A DNA stretch of 64,000 bases, taken from NCBI GenBank assembly GCA_963520365.1, contig CAUQQW010000002.1, forward strand, positions 37-64,036, written 5' to 3'. Shown piece after piece: positions 43,693-53,470 of the stretch. The notes beneath the pieces are model-generated. The model made no database searches and was not told where the DNA came from. It was given only the letters and a program-made list of their open reading frames with translations. The position numbers and the translations under genes are program-made. Origin of the DNA: an uncultured Kingella sp. GTDB lineage: Bacteria; Pseudomonadota; Gammaproteobacteria; Burkholderiales; Neisseriaceae. Position 1 is the stretch's first letter, and each line of letters starts with the position of its first letter.

Positions 43693-44145
43693 TTATTTGC
43701 GCAAGCTAATCACAATTGCTGCGCTGCGGTTGCGCCAAGTGATGGGAATCACAAACGAGCGGTCTTTGCGCGGGAGCAAGATTTCATCGGGTGCGCCGCG
43801 CAATACGATAGGCACGGAAATTTCAAATTCTTCGCCAAATTCGCTGCGGGCATTACCGGCAATGGTGTTGGCAACCTCGCCCACCAAGTCCACCATTAAG
43901 GCTTCGCTGGTGTCTTTTTCACCAATCAATACCAACAAGCGTTCCAGCAATTCTTTGGGCGCGGTGAAATACACCACGCCTTGGTTTTTGCCAGAAATGG
44001 CGATTACGCCTGTGAAATCTTTTGCCGATGGGATTTTGTTTTCAATCAAATAAGGTGTGCCAACCACCAATTCTTCGCCCGCAATCATTTGGGCAAAATA
44101 TTTTTGCACGCCATCCAAAAAGACTTGTAATTTTTCTTCTTTCAT
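43693..44145 (-). CDS. cheX: CheX-family phosphatase
   Basis: FTGVIAISG...DLVGEVANTIAGNAR (ExxN)...ISVPIV. Confidence 0.88.
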   Translation of the reverse strand: MKEEKLQVFLDGVQKYFAQMIAGEELVVGTPYLIENKIPSAKDFTGVIAISGKNQGVVYFTAPKELLERLLVLIGEKDTSEALMVDLVGEVANTIAGNARSEFGEEFEISVPIVLRGAPDEILLPRKDRSFVIPITWRNRSAAIVISLRK

Positions 44146-44226
44146 AATCAGTTCCTTAGATTTAAAAATGGGTTTTCAGGCTGCCTTGCCGCCTAATCTT
44201 TAATGAGGCAGCCTGAAAAAGGAGGG

Positions 44227-44592
44227 TTAATCTTCCAACATCTCGTTTAGTGCTTGAAACAACTCTTCATCTGAAAAAGGTTTGTAAAGAAAGCCGCGTG
44301 CGCCCAATTGCAAGGCTTTGATGCCTGTTGCTTTGTCGGAAAGGGCGGAAACCACGAGAATGTTGGCGTCTTCATCCATGCTGGTAATTTGGTAGATACA
44401 TTCCAAGCCATCCATTTTGGGCATGGTTAAATCCATGGTAACCACATCGGGGCGATATTGACGATAGAGCGCGATGGCTTCTTCGCCATTGGATGCGGAG
44501 GCGACTACTTCAAAATCCATAGAGCCAGAACCGCGCGAAATACGATTTCTAATAACGTTTGAGTCATCAACAATCATGATGCGTTTAGACAT
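44227..44592 (-). CDS. Single-domain response regulator (CheY-like)
   Basis: IVDDS, TMDLTMPKMDG, VSA, KPF. Confidence 0.92.
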   Translation of the reverse strand: MSKRIMIVDDSNVIRNRISRGSGSMDFEVVASASNGEEAIALYRQYRPDVVTMDLTMPKMDGLECIYQITSMDEDANILVVSALSDKATGIKALQLGARGFLYKPFSDEELFQALNEMLED

Positions 44593-44604
44593 AAAATCAA
44601 ATCC

Positions 44605-46704
44605 TTATCTTAATTTTGGCAGCGTGAAGCTGAAGCGAGTGTAGCCATGCAGACGGCTTGCCACGTTTACCGTGCCGCCCAGCGATACGATGCGGTCTTT
44701 AATAATATCCAAGCCCACGCCTCTGCCTGCGTCTTCGGTGCTGTTTTCGGCGGTGGAGAAACCTGGGCTAAACAGCAGGGAAATCAGCGCACGTTTATCC
44801 AACTTAGTGGCTTCTTCGGCGGTGTATTTGCCCAGAGCTACGGCTTTTTGCGCGATGGCTGAGTAGTCAATGCCATTGCCGTCGTCTTCAAAAGTCAGCA
44901 AGAATTTGTCGCCTTGGTCTTTCAGGCTCATGTGAACGTGTCCAATCGGCAATTTGCCACGTTGGTTGCGTACTTCGGGCGTTTCAATGCCATGCACCAC
45001 TGAGTTGCGCAAGAGTTGGATGGCAACTTCGTTTACTACGCCGTCCACTTTGTTGTTGCCCGTGGTTTCCACGCCGCTGAATGTGAACGCGGCTTGTTTG
45101 TGGTTGCGCGCGGCGATGTCGGCGATAAATTTGGCATAGCGTGCGCTGAGGGTTTGTGGCGCAGCAGGCTGTTCAGCGCCATGCAAGGTAACAGGCGCAT
45201 TGCCGCCAATTTTGGCAAGCAAATCTTCAATGGTGTGATTCAAGCGAATCAACTCTTCCAATTGCACTGCCAAGCCTAGGAAGTTTTCGCCTGATAGCTT
45301 GGGCATTTGTTTCAAACGGTTCAGGCTGGCTTCAAAGTTTTCTGCCATGGTGGTGAAACCGCCCAATTTCAACGCAGAAGATTCACCTTTCATACTGTGC
45401 ACTTCGCGATAAATGGCGTTCACTTTTTCATGCAGCGAGCTGGTGTTGTCGCTTTGTGATTTCAATATGCTGTTGATGTTTTGAATGTGCTGGTTGGTGT
45501 TGTCAATAAAGTCGTTTAGCAAACTACGATCTGCTTGCAAAATATTGCTCAACATTTCCAATTGAACATCGTTTTGCTCGCGTTCTTGCTCCATTTTTTC
45601 TTCCAGCAATACGGCGTTGGTTACATCTTCCACGTTCACCAATACGCGGGTAATGTCTTTGCCGTGATATACGCGGTGGAAGTTAAAATCTAAGAAGCGT
45701 TCTTTGTCGTCAATTTTTACTTTTTGGCGCACCAATGGGTTCAAAGAGGCAATCAAACGTTCTTTGGTACGGGCGTTATAGAGCTGTCCTACGAAATCGT
45801 TGGTGGTGTTCAAGTCGTTTGCATTAATCAAGTTGCTCAATACATCCAGCAAGTTTTTGCCGCCAACATTTTTTTGACCAATCAGGCTTTCCAGTTGTTT
45901 TGAGTATTGCGAACCAATAGTCAAATCTTTATCCAGCAGGAATAGCCCCGTGGTTACGGTATCCATAATCTCGGTGGTTTCCTTGCGCGCGTCATCCGCC
46001 AATTTATCGGCGATGAGCAGTTTGCGGATGAAGTAGAACAAGAATAGGGCAAGGTATAAAACCGCACCTGTAATACCAAAAATCTCTACTTGTTTTAATT
46101 GATTGGAGCGTTCCGCTAATTTATCGCGTCTATACGCCTGCAAGTAGTTGGTGATTTCAGAAAATCGGGCATTGTTATTTTGAAGACTCAAAGCCGCAGA
46201 ATCCAATAATGCGCTACTGATTTCAGGGTCGTTGGCGCTTTTGAGATAGGCATTTAATGGAACTTGGATGTCTTTCCATTTTTTAACCATTTCTTCCATC
46301 AAATGTTTTCTTACACCTTTGTTTGAGGCATCCACATTGTAGTGTGTGCCATCGGCGGTTACATAATCACCGCCTACTGCTGTGGCTTTGAGCGAGCGCG
46401 CAAATATGTCTTGCGCTTCTTTGGTGCGTTTTAATGCACCTTGCACCAAGGGACTTTGCGGGTCTTGGTGGGTGTTTAATTTAAGCAGCTGGATATTTTC
46501 TACCAACTCGCCATACGAGTTTGCCATCTCACTGGTTACGAAACTTTGAATGGAATCTTCCTCAATTTCGCTAGAAATGTTGCTGGCGTAAGCCAATAAG
46601 ACGGCCAGCAATACAACAAAGAAACCAATGGAGATAATCATCCCTTGATACCGACGTAAACCAACAACGGGCAAACCAGTTTGGGGCGTAGTGTTGTCGC
46701 TCAT
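44605..46704 (-). CDS. Membrane-bound CheA-like histidine kinase without CheW domain (class III-type)
   Basis: Two TMs around a periplasmic helical sensor, PAS-like region, HPt REVHSMKGES, CheA-type HATPase (LLRNSVVHGIE, DDGNG, LFSPGFST, GRGVGLD); the protein ends with the HATPase. Confidence 0.85.
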   Translation of the reverse strand: MSDNTTPQTGLPVVGLRRYQGMIISIGFFVVLLAVLLAYASNISSEIEEDSIQSFVTSEMANSYGELVENIQLLKLNTHQDPQSPLVQGALKRTKEAQDIFARSLKATAVGGDYVTADGTHYNVDASNKGVRKHLMEEMVKKWKDIQVPLNAYLKSANDPEISSALLDSAALSLQNNNARFSEITNYLQAYRRDKLAERSNQLKQVEIFGITGAVLYLALFLFYFIRKLLIADKLADDARKETTEIMDTVTTGLFLLDKDLTIGSQYSKQLESLIGQKNVGGKNLLDVLSNLINANDLNTTNDFVGQLYNARTKERLIASLNPLVRQKVKIDDKERFLDFNFHRVYHGKDITRVLVNVEDVTNAVLLEEKMEQEREQNDVQLEMLSNILQADRSLLNDFIDNTNQHIQNINSILKSQSDNTSSLHEKVNAIYREVHSMKGESSALKLGGFTTMAENFEASLNRLKQMPKLSGENFLGLAVQLEELIRLNHTIEDLLAKIGGNAPVTLHGAEQPAAPQTLSARYAKFIADIAARNHKQAAFTFSGVETTGNNKVDGVVNEVAIQLLRNSVVHGIETPEVRNQRGKLPIGHVHMSLKDQGDKFLLTFEDDGNGIDYSAIAQKAVALGKYTAEEATKLDKRALISLLFSPGFSTAENSTEDAGRGVGLDIIKDRIVSLGGTVNVASRLHGYTRFSFTLPKLR

Positions 46705-47074
46705 GGATTTTCCTTTATAGAAACGTATTTTCAGGCTGCTGAAAACAGCAGGCTAAATAAACAGAATGATGCTAATCCAAAACTCAAATACTGCTAGCTG
46801 GGTTTGATGGATTGGTGGGGTGCTTGAAGCGGCATATTGTCAATATGCGGCATTTTGCCTTATCAAAAGTTTGCAAATTATTACAGAAAGCCTTGCTGGA
46901 AACAAGGTTAGGCAAGAGTTTGCTGCTGAAATATTTGTTTTTTTGAATGGGGTGGTTATTTTGCAAGCAATATGCGTGCTTATTTGTGGGGTGTGGGGAT
47001 GTTTTACATGGACTTTGTGCGGTCGGGCTTGGGGTGGCTGGCTGTTATAATTTGTTTTTTGTTTACGGGATTGG

Positions 47075-47647
47075 ATGATGGATTGTGTTGAACGGGATGA
47101 TTGGTACAATGGGCGCTGGCAAGGCGCGCAACAGATGCAGTCGCCTAATTGTTGCCCGCGCCCTGCTGGGGAAAGGGTGAGCCTGGTGGTGTTGCACAAT
47201 ATTTCGTTGCCGCCGTTTGAATATGGCACGGGGGCGGTGCAAAAATTGTTTACCAACCAGATTCAGGCTGCCGAGCATCCGTTTTTTTCGTTGCTGACGG
47301 ATTTGCGCGTGTCCAGCCATTTTTTTGTGGAACGCACGGGGACGGTGGTGCAGTTTGTGTCGTGCGATGAGATGGCGTATCACGCGGGAGTGTCGGCGTT
47401 TCGTGGGCGGGAGAAATGCAATGCGTTTTCGGTTGGCATTGAGCTGGAAGGCTGTGACTTTGATCCGTTTACGGCGGAGCAATATGCGGCGCTGGCACGC
47501 TTGTTGCCTGCGATTGCGGCGCGTTATCCGATTGAAGTGGTTACGGGGCATCAGGATATTGCGCCAAGCCGCAAGACTGACCCTGGGCATTTTTTTGATT
47601 GGGATGCGGTGCGGGCGATGGGTTTGAATGTGGATAGGAATGGGTAG
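47075..47647 (+). CDS. ampD: 1,6-anhydro-N-acetylmuramyl-L-alanine amidase
   Basis: VLHNISLPP, LRVSSHF, AYHAGVS, GIELEG, GHQDIAPSRKTDPG. Confidence 0.96.
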   Translation: MMDCVERDDWYNGRWQGAQQMQSPNCCPRPAGERVSLVVLHNISLPPFEYGTGAVQKLFTNQIQAAEHPFFSLLTDLRVSSHFFVERTGTVVQFVSCDEMAYHAGVSAFRGREKCNAFSVGIELEGCDFDPFTAEQYAALARLLPAIAARYPIEVVTGHQDIAPSRKTDPGHFFDWDAVRAMGLNVDRNG

Positions 47648-48082
47648 TTTGGGGTTTCAGGCTGCCTTTGTGGTTAAACGGGGATGGAATGTTGGTGGTT
47701 TGCCAATGCTTGTAAACTTGTAAACAGTTGGGTGCGATGGGATGCGCTATTGGGCAATGAGTTTTTGATGCTTTTGAAAATATTTTCTTTCGAAAAGACT
47801 TCCAAACCCTTGCAGACTAAAAATGCTATCTAGCCGCTTCTTTTTGTCCTGTAATAAAGGAAATAAAGTAAGGTCGGGCCGATAAACCTACTAGGGCGGG
47901 AGGAGATGTTTGTAAGTTTTCGAGATGAATATGCAAGAGCAACCTGCTCTGCGATAAGAAACGTGGCTTCGTCTAGCTCTCCTTTTGAGCATTACAGCTG
48001 GTAGATGAGAAGCTATAACCTGTTTGGCAAAGGGTTACGTATGATTTTACTAATTAACTAGCAGAGAAGAAAACGGTAAGGC

Positions 48083-48478
48083 ATGGAAGAGATATTTATT
48101 AATGGAAATGCGGAAGAAACTCAAGTTGAAATTTCAGGGACAATTCTGTCCCTGACGACTTTAGGAGATATTTTAACTCAAACTACCACCACAACAACAC
48201 TAAATCTCCAGACTTGTTCAGATAAATTCTATCCAAGAAATTTTGAGTCTTTGCAGATAATTTATCAGGAAGACCAAACTAATAGAGTTTCTGTCCAAAT
48301 CAAGGGCAACAAGTTTATTATTAAAGGAAACAGCATAGCATTGAGCATACTAGGAGATTCGTTAAATAATTTTTTCGATAAAGAGAGTAAAAAATATGAC
48401 CATTTCCATATAGATTATTATGATGGGAATGATGTTCTTAACCCAACTAATATCTCATTGATTTTTATGTGTTTATAG
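48083..48478 (+). CDS. AT-rich hypothetical protein, Imm32-like putative immunity protein
   Basis: AT-rich ORF; IKGNSIALSILGD...DHFHIDY pattern recalls the Imm32 HxH motif. Confidence 0.5.
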   Translation: MEEIFINGNAEETQVEISGTILSLTTLGDILTQTTTTTTLNLQTCSDKFYPRNFESLQIIYQEDQTNRVSVQIKGNKFIIKGNSIALSILGDSLNNFFDKESKKYDHFHIDYYDGNDVLNPTNISLIFMCL

Positions 48479-48506
48479 ATAAGGGCCGTTCGATAAGGAT
48501 TTAAGT

Positions 48507-48740
48507 ATGGAAATTAAAAACCGTGATGATTTTTTAATCTTCTTACAGAATTTTATTAATGAAACGGATGCAGGAGAGTTTGAAAATAATACTTTGAGCG
48601 GATTCTTGGAAGCTATGAGATACTGGATTAAAGATATGGACGGGTACTACAAAAATGTAGGTAAAGAAGAAAACTTTGATGAAAACATAAAGTGGAGCGT
48701 TTTGGCAGATATTTTTGAAGCAGCACGGATATACGAATAG
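48507..48740 (+). CDS. Small acidic protein of a family commonly found after polymorphic toxins
   Basis: FENNTLSGFLEAMRYWIKDMDGYYKN...W..LADIFEAARIYE; RBS AAGGA. Confidence 0.6.
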   Translation: MEIKNRDDFLIFLQNFINETDAGEFENNTLSGFLEAMRYWIKDMDGYYKNVGKEENFDENIKWSVLADIFEAARIYE

Positions 48741-48942
48741 CGCTTTAAAGGTAAAACAATACTTATGGAAACGATTGTTGTTAATGCTTGGCAAAAATGG
48801 CAGAGTACAATAAAACTCTCGACTGTGTTCAGGCTGCTTTAATCGTTGTTAATCGGCAGCCTGAAAGCCATTTTGTTGAAGCCTATGTTTTCAGGCTGCC
48901 TTTGGATGATAGGGCAGCCTGAAAACGTTTTTGCGTGCAAGG

Positions 48943-49380
48943 TTAGGATTGTTCAAACGCGCTGATTTCGTGCACTTTGGGCGCGTAGTTGCTTTGCGGG
49001 TCGTGGCGCAGATTGAGCCAGATGTCCACCAGCGCCCATGCGGCGGGGGCGGCGATGATGTTTTGCCCCATGCACAAGATTTGCGCGTCGTAGTTTTCTA
49101 CTGCGCCGCGCACGCTGGTTAAATCGTGGGCGCTGGCGGCGCGGATGCCTGCGACTTTGTTGGCGGCAATGGCGGTGCCGATGCCTGTGCCGCAAATCAG
49201 GATGGCGCGATCGGCTTCGCCTGCGGCGATGGCTTGGGCAACTGCAAACGAGATTTGCGGATAGCTGGCATCGGTGGACATATCGCGCAGGCTGCTGATG
49301 CGCGAATCGGCGGCAAGCTGGGCGTGCAGGGCGTTTTTGAGTTCGGTGCCGTTGGCGGGGGCGGCGATGATGAGTTTCAT
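48943..49380 (-). CDS. RpiB/LacA/LacB family sugar-phosphate isomerase
   Basis: DRAILICGTGIGTAIAANKVAGIRAA, AQILCMG. Confidence 0.88.
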   Translation of the reverse strand: MKLIIAAPANGTELKNALHAQLAADSRISSLRDMSTDASYPQISFAVAQAIAAGEADRAILICGTGIGTAIAANKVAGIRAASAHDLTSVRGAVENYDAQILCMGQNIIAAPAAWALVDIWLNLRHDPQSNYAPKVHEISAFEQS

Positions 49381-49491
49381 AGCGTGTCCTTTTTTGTGGT
49401 TGCAAAGAGTGTTTTCAGGCTGCCTGTGGGCGATTGGGATGGCTTAAAGGCAGCCTGAAAACGGGGTGAAGCTATTTTCAGGCTGCCTGAG

Positions 49492-50472
49492 TTAGTCTTT
49501 TAGGCTCAATTCCAAATGCGTGTTTTCTGCTGCGTCATACGCTTCCACGATTTTTTGCACCAGCGGGTGTCGCACCACGTCTTCGCTGGTAAACGTGTGG
49601 AAATATAAGCCGTCTACATCGCGCAGTTTTTCTTTGGCATCGCGCAGCCCTGATTTGATGTTGCGCGGCAAATCCACTTGGCTTAAATCGCCTGTAATCA
49701 CGGCTTTTGCGCCAAAGCCGATGCGGGTTAGAAACATTTTCATCTGCTCGGGCGTGGTGTTTTGCGCTTCATCCAAAATCACATACGCACCGTTGAGCGT
49801 GCGCCCGCGCATATAGGCGAGCGGGGCGATTTCTATCAAGCCTTTTTCCATCAGCTTGGTTACGCGGTTAAAGCCCATCAGGTCATACAGCGCGTCATAC
49901 AGCGGGCGCAGGTAGGGGTCTACTTTTTGCGCCAAATCGCCCGGCAAGAAGCCCAGTTTTTCGCCCGCTTCCACAGCGGGGCGCACCAACACGATGCGTT
50001 CGATTTGGTGTTTTTCCATCGCGTCCACGGCGGCGGCAACGGCAAGATAGGTTTTGCCCGTGCCCGCAGGCCCGAGCCCGAATACGACATCGTGGTTGAG
50101 CAGGGCGCGGATATAGCCGTTTTGGCGCGGGGTGCGCCCGCCGATGTTGCCGCGCTTGGTGTGGAAATGGTAGGCGTGGTTGTCGTTATTGCGCTCAACG
50201 TGTTGCGCATCGGCGGTTTTGGCTTCCACGGCGGCGAGTTGGATGTCTTCGGGGGTTAAATCGCGGCTTTGCGCGGTGTCGGCAAGGGCGAGCAGGGCGC
50301 GGCGGGCGGCGTGGGCGTTGTCGCCGATAAAGGTGAAATCGGCGAAGCGGCGGCTGGTTTGCACGGAAAGGGCTTTGCCCAGCGTGGCAAGGTTTTCGTC
50401 TAACGCACCGCACAGGCGTTGCAGGGTGGTGTTGTCGATGTCGTCAAATTTTAGGCGGACGGTGTGGGTCAT
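49492..50472 (-). CDS. PhoH family ATPase (YbeZ-like)
   Basis: GPAGTGKTYLA, RPAVEAGEKLGFLPGD, YMRGRTL, DEAQN, VVRHPLV. Confidence 0.96.
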   Translation of the reverse strand: MTHTVRLKFDDIDNTTLQRLCGALDENLATLGKALSVQTSRRFADFTFIGDNAHAARRALLALADTAQSRDLTPEDIQLAAVEAKTADAQHVERNNDNHAYHFHTKRGNIGGRTPRQNGYIRALLNHDVVFGLGPAGTGKTYLAVAAAVDAMEKHQIERIVLVRPAVEAGEKLGFLPGDLAQKVDPYLRPLYDALYDLMGFNRVTKLMEKGLIEIAPLAYMRGRTLNGAYVILDEAQNTTPEQMKMFLTRIGFGAKAVITGDLSQVDLPRNIKSGLRDAKEKLRDVDGLYFHTFTSEDVVRHPLVQKIVEAYDAAENTHLELSLKD

Positions 50473-50579
50473 GGGGTTTCCTTTGTTTGGCGTTTTGCTG
50501 ATTGGATTTTGCGCTTTTTTTGGGGCTGGGGAAAGGGTGGATTGGGCAGCCTGAAACCTTTGCGAAACTTGCAACCGAT

Positions 50580-50662
50580 GGAGCGTCGGCGGCTCGCCGA
50601 CATTTTTCCAATCAGTAAAGCCCTGTTGAGCCAAACATTTGGCGACGAGCCGTCGCCGTTCC
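50580..50662. repeat. REPIN-like element (inverted REP doublet)
   Basis: GGAGCGTCGGCGGCTCGCCGAC ... GGCGACGAGCCGTCGCCGTTCC. Confidence 0.7.
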
Positions 50663-50859
50663 ATTTTGGTTTTCAGGCTGCCTTGATGGTTGAGGCAGCC
50701 TGAAATGCGATGTGCGTTGGTGTGTTGGCGGTATGGGAGCAATCCGAAAATGCAGCATAGTTTGCTACATCATGTTCAATTTAACGTGCGCCTTGGCAAT
50801 AAGCCGTTGCTGTTCTTTTGAGGCAGCCTGAAAAGGGCTAAAACCTATTTTCAGGCTGC

Positions 50860-51582
50860 CTATTGTGCTGCGGCTTGCCCTGCGAGAAAGCCGCGTAGGG
50901 CGAAGGATTTTAGGTTTTCGGCGGCAAGTAGGGTTAGGCAGACGAGTTCGTCGCCTTGTTGGTAGTGGGGATTTTTTTCGGCGAAGAATTGGGTTTCGGG
51001 GTTGCGGCTGCTGGTGTTGTTGTGCCATTGGGCTTTGAGATGCCCTTGCGATTGGGGGTAGTGGACGATGCCGCGCTGGGGTTGGTAGTGCGCGCCAAAG
51101 CGTTCGTTGGCGAGTTGGTTGATGAGGCTTTGGATTGTGGGCGGGGTGGGGGTTTTGCGGTTGGGGTAGTATTGTTTGCTGAATACGTTGAGATAGCGGT
51201 AGGTGCGGTCGCCTTTGACGATGAGCAGCCAGTAAAGTGGGATGTGTGGCTGCTGGGCTTGGATTTTGCCAACCAGTTCGCACCATGCCAGCGGCAGGGT
51301 TTGGCTGCCCCAGTATTGGTGGTGGATGATGGTGTCGCCTGAGAATATGGCGCGGATGGGTTGGTTTTGATGCTGGCTGTGGATGATTTTGAGCGTGGTG
51401 AAGCCGATGGGGGTTTGGTTGTCTTGCAAAATGAGAATTTGGTCTTTTTCTTGCAAATCGCGGCGGAACAGCTCGGGTGTGGTGCCGCCGTAGTAGGTTT
51501 GGTATAGGGCGTAGAGTTGGGCGATTTGAGCTTCGCTTAGGGTTTGCGGGGTTTGGGTGTGGGTGGTTAGGGGGTTAGTCAT
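50860..51582 (-). CDS. GNAT-like hypothetical protein
   Basis: PIGFTTL...AIFSGDTIIHHQYWGSQ resembles GNAT beta4/motif A; YWLLIVKGDRTYRYL. Confidence 0.65.
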   Translation of the reverse strand: MTNPLTTHTQTPQTLSEAQIAQLYALYQTYYGGTTPELFRRDLQEKDQILILQDNQTPIGFTTLKIIHSQHQNQPIRAIFSGDTIIHHQYWGSQTLPLAWCELVGKIQAQQPHIPLYWLLIVKGDRTYRYLNVFSKQYYPNRKTPTPPTIQSLINQLANERFGAHYQPQRGIVHYPQSQGHLKAQWHNNTSSRNPETQFFAEKNPHYQQGDELVCLTLLAAENLKSFALRGFLAGQAAAQ

Positions 51583-52201
51583 GTTGGTTGAGCCATTGGT
51601 CTATGCGGTAAAGCCATTTTAGCAGGATGACTTCGCAGGCGAGGGTGAAAATGAGATTGGGCAGGTGTTCGCTTTGCCAGTTGATGAACCAGAGTTGGGC
51701 GTGGGGTTGGTTGGCGTTGAAGTGGGAGATGTAGTAGGCAAACAGGGCTTCGCACAGGAACATGGTGGCGATGATGTTCATGTGTTTGATTTCGGGCGGT
51801 GGGTGTTTGGAGTTTTGACTACGCTGAAACTCGCTGTGTTCGTTTTCAGGCTGCCTTTGGGCGTGGCGGGCGCCGATGTAGAGTAGGGCGGCGGAAAAGA
51901 GATCGTGGGCGATGCCGTAGCTGTATTTCCATTGGTGCGCGCCGTAGAGTAGCCATAGCTCGGCGCTGGCGCGGATGAGCATGATTGCCCAGAAGAGTCG
52001 CCAGATGGTTTGGGCGCGGGGATTGCGGCTGCGGCGGATGATGAGCGGGGGTTGCAGCAGCCAGCAATAGAGCGTGAGTCCGAGCCAGATGGTTTTGGGC
52101 AGGGCGATGCTGCCGCCGTGTGGGGCGAGGTGGTTTTGCCAGAGGTGGAAAGTTAGGGTGGTAATAAGGGTGAGAAGGGCTAGGAGGCGGTTGGGGGGCA
52201 T
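51575..52201 (-). CDS. Hypothetical polytopic membrane protein
   Basis: Several hydrophobic helices; GGSIALPKTIWL, WKYSYGIAHD; overlaps the next gene by 8 nt. Confidence 0.65.
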   Translation of the reverse strand: MPPNRLLALLTLITTLTFHLWQNHLAPHGGSIALPKTIWLGLTLYCWLLQPPLIIRRSRNPRAQTIWRLFWAIMLIRASAELWLLYGAHQWKYSYGIAHDLFSAALLYIGARHAQRQPENEHSEFQRSQNSKHPPPEIKHMNIIATMFLCEALFAYYISHFNANQPHAQLWFINWQSEHLPNLIFTLACEVILLKWLYRIDQWLNQHD

Positions 52202-52248
52202 GGGGGTGTTGGGGTGGGCTGAAAGGGGGGTAGGTTGGGTTTTGGGTT

Positions 52249-52341
52249 GGAGCGGCGACGGCTCGTTGCCATAGAGCGGTTGATGTAAACATGAATTGCT
52301 GCGCTGCGGTTGCCGAAATGTCGGCGAGCCGCCGACGCTCC
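52249..52341. repeat. REPIN-like element
   Basis: GGAGCGGCGACGGCTCGTTGCC ... GTCGGCGAGCCGCCGACGCTCC. Confidence 0.7.
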
Positions 52342-52394
52342 ATCCATTAGGCAGCCTGAAAACAGTCAAACTCTTTTTCAGGCTGCCTTCGTTT

Positions 52395-53330
52395 TCAAGC
52401 CTTATTGTTTTCAGGCTGCCGATGATGCGGCTGGATGGGATAGGTAGGAATCTGCGGCAGTTTGTCGTGCGGCTTCGGTCCGGTAATGCAATGTCGCCAG
52501 ATTGTCCAAAAATGTGCGCCGCGTTGGGCGTATTGCGGCAGCTGTGTCCACGGCACTTGCGGATGTTGGTGGTGGGCAAGGTGGTAGTGGTAGTTCAAGA
52601 AAAACAGGCGGATGGGCTTGGGTACGATGAGATTCCATGCGCCGTTGTGCGCGTCTAGCGGCGAGAAGGCGTGGTCGGTGTATTGCAGGTTGCTCCATTG
52701 CCAGCCAAACACAGCGTAGCACAGCAGCCATCCACCCCAGTTCAAATCCAGCAGCGCGAATAGGGCAGCCTGAAACAATAATGCGCCCCACACTTCCATT
52801 TTGGCGGCAAGCGGCAGGGCGTTGAGCGCGCCGATGTAGCTTTCTGCGCCTGTTTGCTCGCCGCCTTGTTTGCCGAATGCTTGGCGCACGGCGTTGCCAA
52901 CGATGCGCGGGGTGAGCGCGAAAAGGATTGCGCCCAGCATAACGGTGAACCAATAAACGCCTGTATAGATGGCATACCATTGAGCGTATTTGAGCCAGCG
53001 GATGTCTTGCGGATGGATGATGTCAAATTGTTCGGATGGGCTGCGGTTGTTGCGGTGGTGCACCAGATGGAAAGTTTTTTGCAGCGCGTAGCCAGTGGGA
53101 AACCATGCGGCGGCGTAGCGCCCTGCCCAGCGGTTTAAGGTGGGATTGCGCGCGAAAATGCCGTGCACGCATTCGTGCAGCAGGGCAAAAATTGTGTTGT
53201 TGCTCAACGAAAACAGCAACGCGGCGGGCAGGGCGAAATACCATGCGGCGTGTGCGGCGGTATAGAGCGCGAGCAGGTTAGCAAGGCTGGCGGCAATCAG
53301 CAGGGCAATGTTCAGGCGCGTGGGGGGCAT
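52395..53330 (-). CDS. Membrane fatty acid desaturase family protein
   Basis: His boxes HECVH, HLVHH and YHLAHH, plus QYTDH; TM segments. Confidence 0.9.
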   Translation of the reverse strand: MPPTRLNIALLIAASLANLLALYTAAHAAWYFALPAALLFSLSNNTIFALLHECVHGIFARNPTLNRWAGRYAAAWFPTGYALQKTFHLVHHRNNRSPSEQFDIIHPQDIRWLKYAQWYAIYTGVYWFTVMLGAILFALTPRIVGNAVRQAFGKQGGEQTGAESYIGALNALPLAAKMEVWGALLFQAALFALLDLNWGGWLLCYAVFGWQWSNLQYTDHAFSPLDAHNGAWNLIVPKPIRLFFLNYHYHLAHHQHPQVPWTQLPQYAQRGAHFWTIWRHCITGPKPHDKLPQIPTYPIQPHHRQPENNKA

Positions 53331-53470
53331 GGGGATTCCTTGTGAGCGGTGGTGATGGGCTTGGTGGGTGTTTCAGGCTGCATAAGAAAGAAACGGCATT
53401 GCGGTGTGGATTTATTTGCGAACGGCTGAAAACCGTTTTTCAGGCTGCATCAACAAATAGCCATCGGGCT

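Noticed and set aside
47992..48018. LQLVDEKL* fragment resembling the MQLV motif of HNH/WHH toxin tips upstream of the immunity-like genes
   Set aside because: Only eight codons, with no flanking WHH or HxGG motif; indistinguishable from chance without a search
49492..50472. PhoH as a phage marker or prophage evidence
   Set aside because: Typical chromosomal YbeZ-like protein; no phage structural, integrase or replication genes in the window
49492..50742. N-terminal extensions in the ORF track for phoH, ispF, alr, rpsO, yhhQ, trmD and the 51575 membrane gene
   Set aside because: The extensions run through intergenic, DUS or REP sequence or neighbouring genes; downstream ATGs match the family N-termini
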